From Paraphysomonas bandaiensis (lineage: Eukaryota > Protista > Chrysophyceae), in the NCBI GenBank assembly GCA_965644295.1, contig CBFFRP010000164.1, forward strand, positions 1 to 64,000: a stretch of 64,000 nt of DNA. Reading direction: 5' to 3'. Positions 60,837 through 64,000 of the stretch are shown here, piece by piece. Position 1 is the first letter of the stretch. Every line of letters begins with the position of its first letter. The notes below the pieces were generated by a model, which saw only the letters and a program-made list of their open reading frames with translations, did not search any database and was not told the DNA's origin. The position numbers and the translations under genes are program-made.

Positions 60837-61694
60837 TCATAGTAAGTTACTGTTGTCATCACCTCGGGATTTCATCCATCCTCTGTTTGTTAGAACAAGT
60901 CCTCCAATCAGCAGACCAGCAACTAACACAACTCCAACAGAGAGTAGTATTTTGGTTAGTGTATTCCACTCGTTGATCGACCATTCATCATCATCGTCAC
61001 TTTTATCAGATAAAGGCACAACGCCACACTCATCAGATTCCACAAGCTCTGCACACACAAGACGCGCGCCCCCATTTTTGCAGTGGAAGACAATCGACTG
61101 CCACTGGTGAGACACCGCATCCCCTTGCTTGAAATTTGCAATATAAGGTGGTTGATAGTCAATGTATCCTGTTAGCTCTTCATATACTCTTCCTGTAGAT
61201 GTGGTAGCACCAAATTTTCCCGATAGATCTCCAACTTCACAAAAGGCATATCTACCGTTTTCATAGTTGGAAGTGTTGCAAGAATATTCATATGGTGGTG
61301 TGCTTGTAGCTGTGCGTCCCAAATCTTCACAAAGTCCACCGCTTCCAGAATCCTCAGAGGCCTGACTGCACGCAAGGTTAGGGTCGAAATGGTTTCCAGT
61401 ATAACTCAAACCACAATAGGCATTAGCTCCCGAAGAAACAGAATTATTGTTCCAATATGTATGAATATGATAACTCATTCCTGATGATAAATCACAACTT
61501 CCTTCATCATAATTTGTAAGATCAATAGAAAAGCTGTATACTGCTGTTCCATTATTAATATTCATGTTAAACCAGCCGGTAGCTCCAGCAGCATCAATGC
61601 TGTCAAATGTTGCACAATACTGTTCCCCTAATGTTAATTGAAACATGAGAGGGAACAATAGACACCATGAATTGAAGTGTATTATAGATATCAT
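60837..61694 (-). CDS. Cu/Zn-SOD-fold protein, Cu-only (SOD5-like) type, with signal peptide and C-terminal TM helix
   Basis: SYHIH, GNHFDP, CEVGDLSGKFG, SIVFHC, RLVCA; hydrophobic N-terminus and TM segment ILLSVGVVLVAGLLIGGLVL. Confidence 0.88.
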   Translation of the reverse strand: MISIIHFNSWCLLFPLMFQLTLGEQYCATFDSIDAAGATGWFNMNINNGTAVYSFSIDLTNYDEGSCDLSSGMSYHIHTYWNNNSVSSGANAYCGLSYTGNHFDPNLACSQASEDSGSGGLCEDLGRTATSTPPYEYSCNTSNYENGRYAFCEVGDLSGKFGATTSTGRVYEELTGYIDYQPPYIANFKQGDAVSHQWQSIVFHCKNGGARLVCAELVESDECGVVPLSDKSDDDDEWSINEWNTLTKILLSVGVVLVAGLLIGGLVLTNRGWMKSRGDDNSNLL

Positions 61695-62453
61695 GATGCT
61701 TGATCGTGTTAGTATTATGATTAGTGAGATAGAGGAGTCTGTCTGTATATATATATGTATGTATGTATGCTATGTTGATATCTGCCTATAGATATGGCTG
61801 GTACATGCATCATGTATGCGAATATCGTCTCAGACTTCACATCATCATGATGCATGAAGCAATATGCAGAATATCTTGATGTATGTATCATGTATACCGG
61901 TATATACTGCTGTACTCCGATCTGCTATATCTTGCGCAGCTATATGTATACAGATGTATTTCAATGTATTCCTCGTACTATTGCTATGATATGATTGGCT
62001 GGTTAATGATATACGATATACACACATGATTGATACATCGCATCACTTAACTATGAGAATACACGCATAAGTTAATGATCTTCTAACATCAATCAGTATA
62101 GCACGAATCACAAGCTCTTCTATGAACCATTTCAATGATGTTGTATGTCACTATCATCAAACTTCAATGCTCATCATCTGATATATCAGTGGATCCAATG
62201 GATAATCATACACATGCTTTGGATATATTGTTTCAGTAGTTTGACCACACTGATACACCCTTCTTCATATTATGTTGTTGTTACTGAGATATTTCTACTT
62301 ACTATATTCCAATATTATAACATGAACAGCAAGTTGATATGATATGGAGTGGAGTCATAGACGGCCTCTGGAATAGACGAGACAATCTTTCGAAACACTA
62401 TATCATTGTAATATATCTCTTTTCTTCATAGAGTGGCGTTTGACACTCAGCCC

Positions 62454-62608
62454 TTACTCCAATTGTTGATACCGCTTTATTCTTTTGTTGTGTAGATTCA
62501 TGCGCCTCAGTTGAGATATTGTCTTTGCTTACTCCGATTGTTGATGCAGCTTTATTCTTTTGTTGTGTAGATTCATGCGCCTCAGTTGAGATATTGTCTT
62601 TGCTTACT
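62454..62608. repeat. 75-bp tandem duplication
   Basis: TTACTCC.ATTGTTGAT...GAGATATTGTCTTTGC occurs twice, nearly identical. Confidence 0.9.
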
Positions 62609-63387
62609 GCCGTTGTATAAATATTTTCTTTATATAGTCACCTCCTTTACCGATACGATCAAAAACTCAATTTGGAATTGGTAAAGCAACCTCACCAATA
62701 TGAGAGTGGTACATGTGTTAAGAGAATAGTTTCATCGTGCCACCGTAGTGCCTCCTTTTCTTCGTGAATAAACGTTTTGGTGTCGACATTTCAGTGGTAT
62801 TAAATGATAGTACCGTTAGTATATAATGATATATAGTAACGTTTCACTCCTTTACATTTGTGCAGTGTTGCTGCATGTTCTTATTGCATTTTTGATTTTT
62901 TAGTGTTCCTAATATATCTCTATAAAGAGTGATTCAACGCGGTCCAAAGATAGTTTTGAAAATAGAAAGGTCGAAATGACTAACTTCGTCGAAGTATCTA
63001 CTATCCATTATCCGTAGTTTTCGTAATTGCTGAATGAACGACCTGATTTAGGCTGCGCGGGTGTAACCTTACTGCTACAACCTCACCGTTCTGTAATACG
63101 TAGCAATACATGAGGACACTTAGTGCATGTTTAAACCAAAATAGGCTAGTTTGAATGTTTGAATCCTTAACCCTTTACTATTTTGGCAAGATCGAGTCCA
63201 TAATATATAGTAGCCCTAGGGAGCAAGTCCTTCATACATTTATACATATTGACTCGGTTTAATATTGAAAAAGAACACCATTATCCACATACTTTTGATA
63301 CATAAATTATCTTAAGAATTTCAGAACTGACAGCAATAACACCGGTGTAAAGCGGTCAGCTCTCTTACACAAAAACTCCACAAACTC

Positions 63388-64000
63388 TTACTTTTTACCT
63401 TTACCTTTCTTGTCATCCTCGTTAGCACCGTCCTTTTGCATGCTTTCAATTTTCTTTATCCTGTCGTCCAGACCCGTCACAGCCAGCATGAAGGAAGTGA
63501 ATACTGCCTTATCGTCCTGGTATGTCACCGCTTGAAGAGCTAAGTTCTCAATAAACTCCATCGTGGTTAACGGTCTTGCCTTAATCATTGCCACGCGTCG
63601 ATTAGAAACTATCGTGCGCACGGTTCTCGCAATAGCACCAGCACTATACCCTTCCGATATATGAGCAAGCGAGGACAGATCGATCTTATCTACGCAAGAT
63701 TGTACCAGTTCAGTAATTTGTTGAGGTGTCGGTGGTGGTTGAGGTTTTGTAGCACTGTCAACAGCAGCAAGACGTTCTGCTTGTTTCTTACACCCAATAC
63801 GGATCTGTTCATCGATGTAGTGTCGCCATACAAGTACACGGGACGAGTAGTCTGGATAAGGGAAAAATAGAAAGCGATCAAAGAAATTCTTCAAATCTTT
63901 GACATCACCATTCTCTGGGCTTTTCGATGTTCCAATTATTATTACACGGTGGTGAGTCTCTAACGCTTGATTTTTATACAATAGCAGATCCTTTTTGAAC
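63388..64000 (-). CDS. IQCA1: IQ and AAA domain protein (dynein regulatory complex DRC11), 3' end; runs off the window
   Basis: FKKDLL...RVIIIGTS..P...FFPYPDYSSR...DLSSLAHISEGYSAG and a KKGKGKK tail. Confidence 0.85.
   Translation of the reverse strand, partial: FKKDLLLYKNQALETHHRVIIIGTSKSPENGDVKDLKNFFDRFLFFPYPDYSSRVLVWRHYIDEQIRIGCKKQAERLAAVDSATKPQPPPTPQQITELVQSCVDKIDLSSLAHISEGYSAGAIARTVRTIVSNRRVAMIKARPLTTMEFIENLALQAVTYQDDKAVFTSFMLAVTGLDDRIKKIESMQKDGANEDDKKGKGKK

Overview
This is eukaryotic nuclear DNA with very short (~45-56 nt) GT-AG introns. It is probably from a flagellated stramenopile (chrysophyte-like); that assignment is inferred from gene content and intron size. Host genes: a DUF305 exon, sterol C24-methyltransferase, a multi-exon zinc-finger-repeat/UIM/kinase/TIR gene, a large protein ending in a GT25 domain, acireductone dioxygenase, an AidB-like acyl-CoA dehydrogenase, an intronless 2286-aa soluble-adenylyl-cyclase/STAND/PH/C2/GYF/phosphodiesterase fusion, RPS16, an FCP1/NIF phosphatase, a membrane-anchored Cu-only SOD and the DRC11/IQCA1 3' end. 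Mobile DNA: (i) an RT-less LINE whose ORF carries OTU-like protease and SET methyltransferase domains upstream of the APE endonuclease; (ii) a three-level nest at 16.3-28.4 kb, in which a Crypton-like tyrosine-recombinase element is split by two oppositely oriented copies of a two-gene TIR element (TTA duplications), the second carrying a non-autonomous chromodomain Gypsy element with apparently identical LTRs; (iii) Copia relics and MITEs. The best novelty candidates are the OTU-SET-APE retroelement, the ubiquitin-sensor-like kinase-TIR protein and the cyclase-PDE fusion. All domain calls are motif recognition by eye; no searches were run.
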